Under the pieces are notes generated by a model. That model was not told where the DNA came from. It did not search any database and saw nothing but the letters and a program-made list of their open reading frames with translations. Below are positions 25,741 through 38,627 of a stretch of DNA of 64,000 bases, piece by piece. The DNA lies in assembly GCF_006345805.1 (NCBI RefSeq), contig NC_042997.1:195982001-196046000 (forward strand). Reading direction: 5' to 3'. Position 1 is the stretch's first letter. The number at the start of each line of letters is the position of its first letter. A program made the translations under genes and the position numbers. The stretch is from Octopus sinensis (lineage: Eukaryota).

Positions 25741-26601
25741 GTTTATTTTTAAAAGCTCACTTTTTCTTTCCTTTTAAGATACCCATCAAAATAAGCCTTA
25801 CTAGCCATCCCAATCCCCTCTTTTCTTTGTATCATCATCACTCTCCCATCAAACATTCTCATTTACCACCCCATGACCTAACCTTTAGTGTTGATATAGC
25901 CCGATGTAAAGTTCAATTTTCTTAGATAGCAGAACTGTCGTTCATGATACTAATTAATTTGTAACACCCTAAAAATCTAACTTTGGATGTTTTGAAGACA
26001 ATATTCTCCTTATTGTCTTCGATGTGTAGATAACGCAGTCACTACTCTCACTCATCCCTCCAACCCACATTCTAGCCTATGCTAATTTCTGGCTTGTACT
26101 GTCCTTTTTCATTCTGCCCAAAAAATTGGCAGCCGAATCATTGTAAATATTTGCTCTCTATTGCTGATATGAATATGTTCAAAATATCTAACACTATGCG
26201 TGAGGGCTATGTCGCCATCGGATGAGAATGGTTTTCTTTGTAATGGTGTAATGCTTTTATGGATGAATTAAAGGAGTCCCTCGAAAGGGCCGCAATGAAT
26301 TGATAGTTATCCTTCTTAGTCATTTATATTCATATCGAGGTCGATGAAAAAAGTACCAGTTGCGTACTAGGGTCGATATAATTGACTATCCCCATTCCCA
26401 CCAAACTTCGAAGGCTTTGTGCCGAGAGTAGAAATAATAATGAATATTGTTGATATATGATATACATATGGATAATATATATATATATATAATATATATA
26501 TATATAATATATATCTATATATATATATATTTATATATATTATATATAGAGAGAGAGAGAGAGAGAAAGATAGATAGATAAAAATAGATAAATAGATAGA
26601 T

Positions 26602-26652
<51 letters not shown>

Positions 26653-27369
26653 TATATAGGTAGATAGGTAGATAGATTGTACTTGTATGAACAAATGCAT
26701 ATAACTGTGTCTATAAGCTTATAGAAACCCAACTCAAATGCAGTTTTAAACATATACGAGGGACTTCGTTCAGTTTCCATTTATCAAATATACTCAAATA
26801 AGCTTTTAAAACTTTAAGGTATTCTCTAGCAGGAAACCAATGGTAGCCTTGATGCTGGAAATAACAGTCAAAACTCTTATTTAAATCGCCGAAAACTACA
26901 CTGACAATAACTACAGAAATCAACTGTGTGCGGTCACACGGGCTAAGATAATCTCTCAACATATATTCAAGTATTTGGACTCATGTGGACCGGTTTAAGG
27001 ACCGGCCTTATAGCCTCGCATTCGTAAGAAACGAAGTCAATAATATCTTCGCAAATAATTTCTCCTGTATGATTTGCTCCGCACACACACACACACACAG
27101 ACACACACACAGACACACACACACAGACAAACACACACACAGACACACACACACACATATGTATATAGAGAGAGTGAGAATTTACAAAAAGCAAATGACT
27201 AACATGGGTGTCAATTAGCAGTTCGCCAAAAGAGACTGATAGAATAAGTACTATGCTTACAAAGAATAACTCCGGGGGTAGATTTTTTCGAGTAGAGGTG
27301 GTGCTCCAGCATGGCTGCAGGCCAATGACTGGAACGTAAAAGAAAAATGAAAGAAAAATATATTTATAT

Positions 27370-27447
27370 GTAAGTATATATGTATGTATGTATGCATGCA
27401 TGTATGTATGTATGTATGTATGTATGGATGGATGGATGGATGGATGG

Positions 27448-27478
<31 letters not shown>

Positions 27479-27640
27479 AATGTATGTATGTAATATGTAT
27501 GTATGTATGTATGCATGTATGCATGCATGTTTGTATGTATGTATGTATGTATGCATACATGCATGCATGCATGTATGTATGTATGTATGTATGTATGCAT
27601 GCATGCATGTATGTATGTAGGTATGTATGTACGTATGATA
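27370..27640. repeat. (ATGT)n/(ATGG)n/(ATGC)n microsatellite
   Basis: Directly visible. Confidence 0.95.
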
Positions 27641-28009
27641 GCATAAGTTCGAAAAGATCGTTTTACTAAAATTTATATGAAAATATATGGAACACTACCC
27701 ATGTACTTTATATAGTGTACTACATATGGAAGTTGTCTATGTTGATCGAACCAGTTCAACGATGATAACACATAAATCATATGCACATATTAAGATATAC
27801 TTTCGCTTCTATAGGTAGAAAATATGCACGAAATAAATGGTCATATGATAACTGTGGTTGAATTGCTGCCTAATGGAGTCACTGGAAACATATATTTGAA
27901 AGCCGCCGAGGGAGCGATTTGTGATATTGTCCTCTTATTCAACCAATAAATTCAAATTCTATGCAATTTATGTCATTATGAAAGAACTCAATTATTGTGA
28001 GTTATGTGA

Positions 28010-28104
28010 TATATATATATATGTATGTATGTATATGTATATCTATATATCTATATCTATATATATATATATATATATATATAGATAGAAAGATAGATAG
28101 ATAT

Positions 28105-28146
<42 letters not shown>

Positions 28147-28147
28147 T

Positions 28148-28178
<31 letters not shown>

Positions 28179-28211
28179 TAATAGATAGATAGATAGATAG
28201 CTAGATAGATG

Positions 28212-28286
<75 letters not shown>

Positions 28287-28349
28287 TGATAGATAGATGT
28301 ATATATATGTTCATATATATGTATATATATGTTGAGTGTTATATATACA

Positions 28350-28385
<36 letters not shown>
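28010..28385. repeat. (TA)n/(GATA)n/(TACA)n microsatellite
   Basis: Directly visible. Confidence 0.95.
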
Positions 28386-28387
28386 TA

Positions 28388-28715
28388 CTGGAGGTGCAAT
28401 GGCCCGTGGCTAGGGTAAGCGGATTCGCGGTCGTAGGATCGCGTTTCGATTCCCATCCCGGGCGTTGTGAGTGTTCATTGAGCGAAAACACCTTAAGCTC
28501 CGCGATTCTCCGGCATGGGGTGGTGGCGAACCCAGCTGTACTCTTCCACCACAACTTTCTCTCAATCTTTCTTCCTGTTTCTGTGGTACCTATGTCACGT
28601 TGAATCTCCCCGAGAACAACGTTAAGGGTACACGTGTCTGTGGAGTGCTCAGCCACTTGCTCGTTAATTTAACGAGCAGGCTGTTCTGTTGATCGGATCA
28701 ACTGGAAACCTCTTG
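28388..28715 (+). mobile_element. SINE family A, diverged
   Basis: tggaggtgcaatggcccgtggctaggg...gatcggatcaactggaaacc. Confidence 0.85.
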
Positions 28716-29013
28716 CCCACAACAATAACAATAATAACGATGACCCATGACCTCCCCTTATTTTTCTACTTGTGAATTCATTCACTCGTAAATATCATCA
28801 GACATAACATTGACAAAAATTTCTTCTTAAGAAAATACATATTAAAATAAGTAAACCTTAATATCATGAGTAACGAAAGCAAAACCAGTCAATATATTAA
28901 CAATTATATTTAAACTATGTAAAGTGTGTGTATTTTCCGTTTTTAAATTTCTTTTATATATATTACAACTCACCACGTGGGGATAATCGAAATCACTCCT
29001 TTTCTGATACTAT

Positions 29014-29044
<31 letters not shown>

Positions 29045-29145
29045 CGGAGTAAACACATAAGCGTGAAAGAAGGTGGAACAAAGTGTACTCAAATACCAGG
29101 GGTAGAGTATATTTTTCTTTAAAAGCAGCAGAAATTCAACAAAAC

Positions 29146-29183
29146 CTGTTACTCGGAGTTTCACGTTCCCGTTCGTCGGACAG
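29146..29183 (-). ncRNA. Minimal type I hammerhead motif with U4C
   Basis: Minus strand reads CUGU CCGACGA ACG GGAA CGU GAAA CUC C GAG UA ACAG. Confidence 0.65.
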
Positions 29184-29191
29184 TTTATAAA

Positions 29192-29264
<73 letters not shown>

Positions 29265-30139
29265 TATATTTCTATGTATATATGTATATATGTAGTATGT
29301 ATGTATGTATGTATGTATGTATGTATGTATGTATGTATGTATGTATGTATGTGTGTGTCAATAATAGTTTATTTCGTGGTTTTCTACCTATGAGCAGTTC
29401 AGTTGCTGTTTGACTATCCATACAGACAAAGTAGACCCAGCCACGTATTTGAAAATATTTACACCAGCAAGTTCCGAATGTTTACCACCAACCCAATGAC
29501 AAACATAATTTACGCTAATCTGTTATAGTTTGCCTCTCATAATAGAGTATTTGTGATGTTGTAATTTTAGCTGCCGAAGGCCCAATTATGAAGTGTTGGG
29601 TTACATGTAACCAGTAGCACATTCATGTACGAACTGGTCAAATAAGTAAATATACTCACACACGCCCACACACGTCTGCACAAACACACAAACACGTGCA
29701 CACACACACGCGCACAGTAACAACGACTACACACAATTGTCATTTTGCTTCCCACCCCCACCCAGCCACACACACGCATACACGCACGCGCAGTCACACA
29801 CACACGAACACGCACTCATACACACATACACACACATACTCATACGTACATATACATATATATATACACACACACACACATACGCACATACACATACACG
29901 CACACTCGCACATAAACACACTCATTCTAAAACACACACGCACGCGGCAACACCATCGCACTCATACACGTGTTACCTCTCCCCTCTCACACACACACAT
30001 ATATACGCACGCACAGACTCATATGCACGTACATACACACATACACACACACCGATATATGTACATTCGCAAACACATACACACATACAGTAACACTGGA
30101 TCCGCCAACACACTTTTCACTTCGTCTCTCGCCTCACCA

Positions 30140-30495
30140 CCGACGAGGGTTCCGGTTGATCCGAATCACGAACAGCTGCTCGTGAATTAACGTGTAAGTG
30201 GCTGAGCACTCCACAGACACGTGTACCCATAACTAGTTTTCTCGGGGATAATCAGCGTGACACAGAGAGTGAAAAGGCCGGCCCTTTGAAATACAGTACA
30301 ACAGAAACAGGAAGTAAGAGTGAGAGAAAGTTGTGGTGAAAGTACATGCAGGGATCACCACCATCCCCTGCCGGAGCGTCGTGGAGCTTTAGGTGTTTTC
30401 GCTCAATAAACACTCACAACGCCCGGTCTGGGAATTGAAACCGCGATCCTATGACCGCGAGGCCGCTGCCCTAACCACTGGGCCATTGCGCCTCT
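30140..30495 (-). mobile_element. SINE family A
   Basis: Reverse complement of 30840-31210. Confidence 0.9.
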
Positions 30496-30687
30496 ACACA
30501 TCACCACCGAATCGTACCTATTCATCGAGTGACACCCTTACGTCTACATCACTAACACAAACACACACGCACACTAGCATTCTCCTGTCATTAAAAAAAA
30601 AACACTTTCTTTACGTCTTTTTACACCAGACAGTTAACTACATACGTGTTGTCCGTGAAATATTCCTTTTCTAGACGTTTTTGTTTT

Positions 30688-30725
30688 CCTTTCTGACGAA
30701 GAGAATATGTTCGAAACGTCAAAAG
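30688..30725 (+). ncRNA. Minimal hammerhead-like motif
   Basis: ccttt CUGACGA(30693) A GAG aauaug UUC GAAAC GUC aaaag. Stem III is reduced to the ACGU palindrome and stem I is only 3 bp. Confidence 0.5.
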
Positions 30726-30839
30726 CCCTTTCTTCTTTCAAATTATCTACTTCATTTCTTAACTCTTGTATGCCTTATATATCAATGGAAATTTCTCAGT
30801 GTCAATCTGGCTGTTACCATCTTACTGCCTACGTCAGTG

Positions 30840-31210
30840 GAGGCGCAATGACCCAGTGGTTAGGGCAGCGGACTCGCAGTTTCGATTCCCAGACCGGGCG
30901 TTGTGAGTGTTATTGAGCGAAAACACCTAAACCCCGAGGCTCCGGCAGGGGATGGTGGTGATCCCTGCTGTACTCTTTCACACCACAACTTCTCTCTCAC
31001 TCTTACTTCCTGTTTCTGCTGTACCTGTATTTCAAGGGGCCGGCCTTGTCACTCTCTGTGTCACACTGAATATCCCCGAGAACTACGTTAAGGGTACACG
31101 TGTCTGTGGAGTGCTCAGCCACTTACACGTTAATTTCACGAGCAGGCTGTTCCGTTGATTTGAATCAACTGGAACCCTCATCGTCGTAATCGACGGAGTG
31201 CTTCCACTCC
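30840..31210 (+). mobile_element. SINE family A, full length with 16-bp TSD
   Basis: actgcctacgtcagtg at 30824-30839 and 31211-31226. Confidence 0.92.
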
Positions 31211-31764
31211 ACTGCCTACGTCAGTGACGAAACTTTGCATACATGTTAAACTAACATCCTTTTCAAGTATAGGCTAATTGGATTTCAATAAAAATCTTTA
31301 ATAGACCACATAGGTGGGTTGCGCTAATATCTGATAAAATGAGAAGGGTGCAAAGAATGTTAGTGTGAGGGAAATGTGGTGACATACTGAGTGTGGATGA
31401 TATTAAAGGAGGGTAACGCTAATGCAGCTGTAATTCTTAGATATACATGCGACGCTGCATATTTACTTTCGTAAATACATAGATGCATGCAAGCACACAC
31501 ACACACACAAACTACCCATACGAGTGCACATTCCCTTAACTAACTGTTAAAACGCTGATGAAGGGAAAGAAAGGTGGTGTGAGGAATACGTAACTTTAAG
31601 AAAAAGAAGGGTAGGGTTTTTTTCTGCTGTCTATTACAAGGAAACACTGACACACGGACACAGAGATAATCACACACATACCAATAGATATACATATATA
31701 CGAACACACATACATATGTCTACTGTTAACCAGTGTGGACGTTTGTAAATATGTATATGTGCGA

Positions 31765-31906
31765 ATGTGTGTGTGTGTGTGAGTGTGTGTGTGTGTGTGT
31801 GTGAGTGCGTGTGTGTGAGTGTGTGTGTGTGTGAGTGCGTGTGTCTGTGTGTGAGTGTGTGTGTGTCTGTGTGTGAGTGCATGTGTGTGTGTGTGAGTGT
31901 GTGTGT

Positions 31907-31950
<44 letters not shown>
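31765..31950. repeat. (GT)n microsatellite with GA interruptions
   Basis: Directly visible. Confidence 0.95.
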
Positions 31951-31951
<1 letters not shown>

Positions 31952-32498
31952 GTCCAGTAACTCTCTCTACTTTTGTAGCGTCCTCCCTGTTGCTGTCACA
32001 TATTGTGAAATATTAAAATACGTCAAAATTTTCAAATGTGGAATATTCAAATAATTGTCCATGTTAAATCCTATTTTGTCTTTTATTTGTTCTCGAAAAA
32101 TTCTAGAAAAATGTTTCATCAATTTTTCTTCTCATCAGGAAACAGGATTTGGAAGCTGGTATTTTCTGAATGAGAGTTGTTTATTACAAAATAAAAGCAA
32201 AATCATTACGAGGGGATATATATATATATATTATATATAAGTTTAACAATTAAGGATAACTCTTAATAGGGATCTTAACAAGAAATTATCGGGTAGCTAG
32301 CGTGAAAACCTCATAAAAGAAAAGAATCCGAAAATAATTTTTTTCTTTTGAACCAAATTAATTATATCTATATTGTATAGAGGGCATTATTACACATAAA
32401 TCCCTCACACTAGGAGGGACAAAGTCATTACTACACAAAAATTATACTAATCATACCCAAATGCAGTTTTTCAAAGCAGACATTTAAAAATGAATTAT

Positions 32499-32554
32499 GT
32501 TCTGTATCACCGTGATTTCACATACAACTTGCGTCTAATGATCGTCAGCAGAAC
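32499..32554 (-). ncRNA. Type I hammerhead ribozyme, copy 1
   Basis: Minus strand reads GUUCUG CUGACGA UCAUUA GAC GCAA GUU GUAUGU GAAA UCAC G GUGA UA CAGAAC: 6-bp stem I, near-palindromic stem III, AUA cleavage triplet. Confidence 0.8.
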
Positions 32555-32974
32555 TGATTCTGAATACATCATAAATAAACTACCAACCTTACGTAGCGAG
32601 ACGAACAGACAACTGCTCACTCCGGCCAAGCACATGGAATGTTTATAAATCATATATCCGGTAAATGGCGGGCTTTTTACGAACTGCATGTCGGGTAATG
32701 AAAAGTATTTCGGAATAAGTTTAACAATTAAGGATAATCTCTTAATAAGGGATCTTAACAAGAAATTATCGGTAGCTAGCGTGAAAACCTCATAAAAGAA
32801 AAGAATCCGAAAATAATTTTTTTCTTTTGAACAAATTAATTATATCTATATTGTATGAGGGCATTATTACACATAAATGCCTCACACTAGGAGGGACAAA
32901 GTCATTACTACACAAAAATTATACTAATCATACCAAATGCAGTTTTTCAAAGCAAGACATTAAAAATGAATTAT

Positions 32975-33030
32975 GTTCTGTATCACCGTGATTTCACATA
33001 CAACTTGCGTCTAATGATCGTCAGCAGAAC
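32975..33030 (-). ncRNA. Type I hammerhead ribozyme, copy 2
   Basis: Identical to 32499-32554 and 476 bp away. Confidence 0.8.
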
Positions 33031-33303
33031 TGATTCTGACTACATCATAATAAACTACCAACCTACGTAGCGGAGACGAACAGACAACTGCTCACTCCGG
33101 CCAGCACATGGAATGTTTATAAATCATATATCCGGTAAATGGCGGGCTTTTTACGAACTGCAATGTCGGGTAATGAAAAGTATTTCGGAATAGTTTACAA
33201 TTAAGGATAATCTCTTATAAGGATCTTAACAAGAAATTATCGGGTAGCTAGCGTGGAAAACCTCATAAAAGAAAAGAATCCGAAAATAATTTTTTTCTTT
33301 TTT

Positions 33304-33733
33304 TTCACATCCATTTTCATTCCTCCACCACCTCACTGTCTATTTCGTATCTTATCAAAATGAACTATTGCTTAACCATCTCTCCTCCCACCGTCTCCGT
33401 GTGAAGGGTTATAATAAATATCCTAGAAACAGCTGTAAGACTTTCTATTTATAAATGTTCTAAAATCTACACTGATTTGGTTTTTAATAATCACATTACG
33501 AAAAAAAAATTATATATATATATATATATATAATTTTTTTTTTCGTAATGTGATTAAAAACCAAATCAGTGTAGATTTTAGAACATTATAAATAGAAAGT
33601 TTTACAGCTGTTTCTAGGATATTTATTATAACCTTCAACGGAGACGGTGGGAGAAGATGGTTAAGCAATAGTTCATTTTGATAAGATACGAAATAGACAG
33701 TGAGTGTGGTGGAGGAATGAAAATGGATGTGAG
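33304..33733. repeat. 430-bp palindrome centred on (TA)n
   Basis: Arms at ~33304-33509 and ~33533-33733 (tcacatccattttcattcc... / ...ggaatgaaaatggatgtga); the centre, (TA)n at 33510-33532, is itself palindromic. Confidence 0.9.
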
Positions 33734-33752
33734 ATATGCAGGGATATTGTAT

Positions 33753-33795
<43 letters not shown>

Positions 33796-33824
33796 TTTTA
33801 ATTTTTTCAGTCATTTTGAATGTG

Positions 33825-33992
33825 GCTATGCTGGAGCACCACCTTTAGTCGAAGAAATCGACCCATAAACTATCAGTCATTTTGCTGAACTGATAAGTTA
33901 CATGGACGTAAAGACACCAACATCGGTTGTGAATCGATGGTGGTTGGACAAACACAGACACAAACATACAAATACTCACACACGCACACACA

Positions 33993-34035
<43 letters not shown>

Positions 34036-34145
34036 GACAGGCTTCTTTCAGTTTCCGTGTACCAAATTCACTCACAAGCCTTTGGTCGGCCCGAGGCTAT
34101 AATGGAAGACAATTGCCCAAGGTACCAAGCAGTGGATTTGAACAC
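33825..34145 (-). mobile_element. SINE family B, internally deleted
   Basis: Family B head and tail segments in reverse orientation. Confidence 0.75.
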
Positions 34146-34904
34146 GGAATGCATATGTATATATGTAGTAAATCCTTCAGATACCCGAAAATATTAGAAA
34201 CCCCTGAACTAATCTTACCTGAAAGAAATTTAGAACCCGCATGAAAATCAAGCACATAATATGAATTAATAGTATAATATATACAGCAAATTTACCATAA
34301 ACTAAAAATCAAGAAACCCCAGACGCTTTTACTGCTACGGAAACTGGAATTTCAATGAAGGGCTCCTTAGTAACACGAGAGCATACGATACATATGATTC
34401 GCAATCAGCAAGCACATCAAACGTATCTATTCATCAGCAGCTGCTGCAGCAATATCATTATAGTTTCGATGTGTTTTCCATATATTTAATATGGAATACT
34501 GTTGGTGTTAAAGAGAAAATAATTGAGATTTGTCGCCGAATATATTAAATTAAAACTAAATGTATATCAAACTAACCAATGCGAGAATGTGGGTAAAAAT
34601 GCTAGACATACTACAAATAATAGTTTACATTCACTTATAAAATCATTCCGCAGTTCTAAAAGAGGAAGGATATATTCGCCAATGTAAGACTGTATATTTA
34701 TACAATAAGACAGCATGATTACGACTGAAAAGCCTTTAATCACATGTCTGTTGATTCAGAACTGACCTGAAACAGTTCAACTAAAAATAATAACAACAGC
34801 TGTCGAAAATACATTTTCGACAACATGAAACTGCATTTGAGTCAAGTTTCCGGTCAGAATAATAATCTACACTTGGGATTCAGACGTCCTACAAATTGGC
34901 GTGT

Positions 34905-35160
34905 ATCCTCTTCTTCGTCTTCTTCTTCTTCTTCTTCTTCTTCTTCTTCTTCTTCTTCTTCTTCTTCTTCTTCTTCTTCTTTTCTTATTTATTCTTCCTT
35001 TTCTTTTCTAATTCTTCTCCTCCGCCTTATTCTTCTCATTAATATTCTTCCTCCTTCTTCTTCTTCTTCTTCTTTTCTTATTATTCTTCCTTTTCTTTTC
35101 TAATTCTTCTCCTCCGCCTTATTCTTCTCATTAATATTCTTCCTCCTTCTTCTTCACTTC
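34905..35160. repeat. (TTC)n followed by a duplicated ~80-bp pyrimidine-rich block
   Basis: ttattcttccttttcttttctaattcttctcctccgccttattcttctcattaatattcttcc occurs twice. Confidence 0.9.
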
Positions 35161-36012
35161 CTCCTCCCCTTTCTTTCCCTTCTCTTTCATTTTTATCTTC
35201 TTTTCCTTCATCATCTCCTCCATCTTCGCCTTTTTCTTCTACCCTACCACCACTACCAATACTGCCACTACTGCTACTAATTCTAGTACTAGTACTACTA
35301 CAACCAGTACCACCACCACAATCACCACTACTACTACTTTTACTTTCCCGTCTTCATCTTTCTCTTCCTCTTTCCTCTTCTGTATCTTGCTTATCTTCGA
35401 TCTCTTCCTCTTCTGCTTCAGCTCTTTTCCGTCTTCCTCCTCCTCTCCTGCTCTCCTCCTTTCACTTCGTCATTAGACAAAAAGTCAAAATTATTATATA
35501 ACAGACGTAAAACACTGAAGTTTCCTCATGGAAAAGGAAAAACAAAAAACCAACCAAACAACCAAACAAACCAACAAACAAACAAACAAACTCGATTATA
35601 TGTTTTACAGTAATTGTGTTCGACTCTGAACGATGTCGATTTTGTCTGTCGCTGAGATCGATAAATTGAATGCATCAGTGTTCTGGAGGGACTGATAGAA
35701 TATAGTATAACACTGAACTAAAATAATGCTTTACTTTCAAACACACAGCACTACGTGTATTTAAGCGATGTGAAATGTGATATTTTCAATGAGTTCCGTG
35801 TCGAGGAAACCAAATTTGAACACCGATTTGAGTGGTTCTTAATGTTAGCATAGAAATATAGTAAAAAAATCTCACATCTTAGCATCAATTCCTCCCCCAA
35901 AGATCCCTTTCATAGAATACCACCATCCTCAGTACTACCATTATCTAATAGAGATCTTTAGGAATCTTGGCTGATGGGCTAGTAAAGTGTATTTTATGAA
36001 TAGAGTAGGATA

Positions 36013-36422
36013 GGCGTAGGAGTGGCTGTGTGGTACGTAGCTTGTTTACCAACCACATGGTTCCGGGTTCAGTCCCACTACGTGGCACCTTGGGCAAGTA
36101 TCTTCTACTATAGCCTCGGGCCGACCAAAGCCTTGTGAGAGGATTTGGTAGACGGAAACTGAAAGAAGCCCGCCGTGTATATGTATATATATGTATATAT
36201 ATGTACGTGTGTGTATATGTTTGTGTGTCTGTGTTTGTCCCCCCAAACATCGCTTGGCAATCGATGCTGGTGTGTTTACGTCCCCGTAAATTAGCGGTTC
36301 GGCAAAAGAGTACTTATGTACTAGGCTTATAAAGAATAAGTCCTGGGGTCGATTTGCTCGACTAAAGGCGGTGCTCCAGCATGGCTACAGTCAAATGACA
36401 GAAACAAGTAAGAGTAAAAGAG
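36013..36422 (+). mobile_element. SINE family B, full length
   Basis: Runs from ggcgtaggagtggctgtgtgg to gtcaaatgacagaaacaagtaagagtaaaagagt. Confidence 0.9.
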
Positions 36423-36784
36423 TAAACTCTACAACTTCATTAAAGTACTTCTTCAAACGCACGTATTGAATATGGTGCCTACTGGCGTTACGTCTCTATA
36501 CGTGTGTGTATGTGTGTGTGTGGTTATGTGTGTGCACCTGGCCAGCCTTCGGCTGTTATCGTCCACAGCTCTTTTACAACCGAATATTTATATGCTATTT
36601 GATTTATAGTTTTATATTCATTGCGATCCACAGTACCAAAGAGAATCATATGCATGTGTGTATATGTGTGTGTATATGTGTGTGTATGTGTGTTTATTTA
36701 TATATATATATGTGTGTTATTATTAGTGCCTTTATTACCCTCCCAAGACAGTATATATATATATATATATATATGCATATATGT

Positions 36785-36868
<84 letters not shown>

Positions 36869-36936
36869 GTATGTATGTATGTATATGTATATATATACAT
36901 ATGTACACGCACACACAAACTGTTATATATAGAATA

Positions 36937-37095
36937 GGCACAGGAGTGGGTGTGGTAAGTAGCTTGCTTACCAGCCACATGGTTCCGGGTTCAGTCCCAC
37001 TGCGTGGAACCTTGGGCATGTGTCTTCTACTATAGTCCCGGGTCGACTAAAGCCTTGCGAGTGGATTTGGTAGACGGAAACTAAGAGAAGTCCGC
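36937..37095 (+). mobile_element. SINE family B, 5' half
   Basis: Family B head ending at the internal (TA)n. Confidence 0.8.
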
Positions 37096-38627
37096 CATAT
37101 ATATATATATATGTATATATCTGTCTGTCGCACTCTTGATCACGTCTGGTACGATCTCGTTTCGCCTAACTCTGAAGTATATTGCGTTGTCTTTTTCAAA
37201 ACTATACGTCATAAATGAGATATTTTTGAGGTGTTTGAAGAACACATATCCGCTAAGTATAGTATGTTGGTTGTGTTCGAATTAGAGAGACACTTTTATA
37301 GCATAATTCTAATTCTGCTTTTGTGGTTCTTTACAATACAGTGTATAAATTAGTTACACACACACACGCACATACACATCTGTATATGTACGCACATACA
37401 AACGAACATAAATATATATATATGTGTGTGTATATTTAAGTGCGTGTATATGTATGTCCCTTTAACTGTATATTTATATTATGCATGTATTTCATGATAT
37501 TTCAACCAACATGATCTTCGCAATCATTTTCAATTGAGTCTGCTCTCAATATGGAGTTACAGTATCGGTAAATGTTCCATTGTTATTCTTGAAATTTCTT
37601 TAAAATACTAACATTATCTTAATTTACGCTCACACACACACGCACGGGCATAACCGTGTAAATACGCAGACACAGACATCTATAAACTCGCATGCCGATA
37701 GCGACGAGACAACGTTGTAATTTACCTATCAACCTATATAAAGTAGTGATTGGATGGAGAGCATTATTATATGATGATACGATGAATCACTGTCTGTTTT
37801 CTACTTTATTTAACAGTATATCAAAGTGAAATGGAGAGGGCATGTGTGTGTATGTATGTATGTGCGTGAGAGCGAGAGAGAAGACATTAAGTGAGCGAGT
37901 GAGAGAAGGTGGGCTAGAGGGGAAGGGAGAGATAGAGAGAAGAGCTCTAATTGAAATAATTACGACAGTGGAATTTGAAAGAACGTAGAAACCTCGAATA
38001 AGTGCCTTAAAGCCTCCAGTTCTGTTGTCCAAAGTTTATTATTTCAAATTATATCAGATATCAAAACCGAGACCTTCCCTTAAAATAGAAATTAGAAAGA
38101 AGAACAAATCAGAAAATGGAATCTTTCATAAACACTTATATATAAGATCAGACGAGATGGTCATGACTGGAAATTTCTAAGTCGTAGGTCCGTTCGATTA
38201 TAGTTAATGGCACTACACAACGACGGTAACAACACAGGGCATTATAATTCCTCTACGCACTGGGGTCGATGTAATCGACTTAATCACTTTCTCTGTCCTT
38301 GTTTGTCCCCTCTGTGTTTACCCCCTTGTGGGCAGTAAAGAAATATATAATTCCTCTCGAAAGGGAAAGGATAACCTAATTTTCAAGTCGTAGGTCCGTT
38401 CGATTATAGTTAATTGCACTACACAGCAACGGCAAGAACTCAGAGCATATAATTCCTCTCCAAAGGGAAGGGATAGGCTACTTATTAACAGTTAAAAATG
38501 CAGACAATTTTCGGGTGAACATCTGAAATAAGGTTCAATCGATTGATAAGCTGTTACTCACAAACCTATTACTACAACTAAGCACACACCAATCCTTTGT
38601 CTCTCCTATTATAGTCACAATGGTATC

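Larger units (their letters stand above)
32237..33300 (-). repeat. ~476-bp tandem repeat (2.2 copies) carrying hammerhead ribozymes; retrozyme or PLE-pLTR-like
   Basis: Units start at ~32237, 32715 and 33190 (agttt(a)acaattaaggataa); the copies differ almost only by 1-bp indels. Confidence 0.9.

Noticed and set aside
32105-32150. Minus-strand CUGAUGA...GAAAC pair just upstream of the tandem
   Set aside because: Stem II does not pair, and no NUH/stem I match was found.
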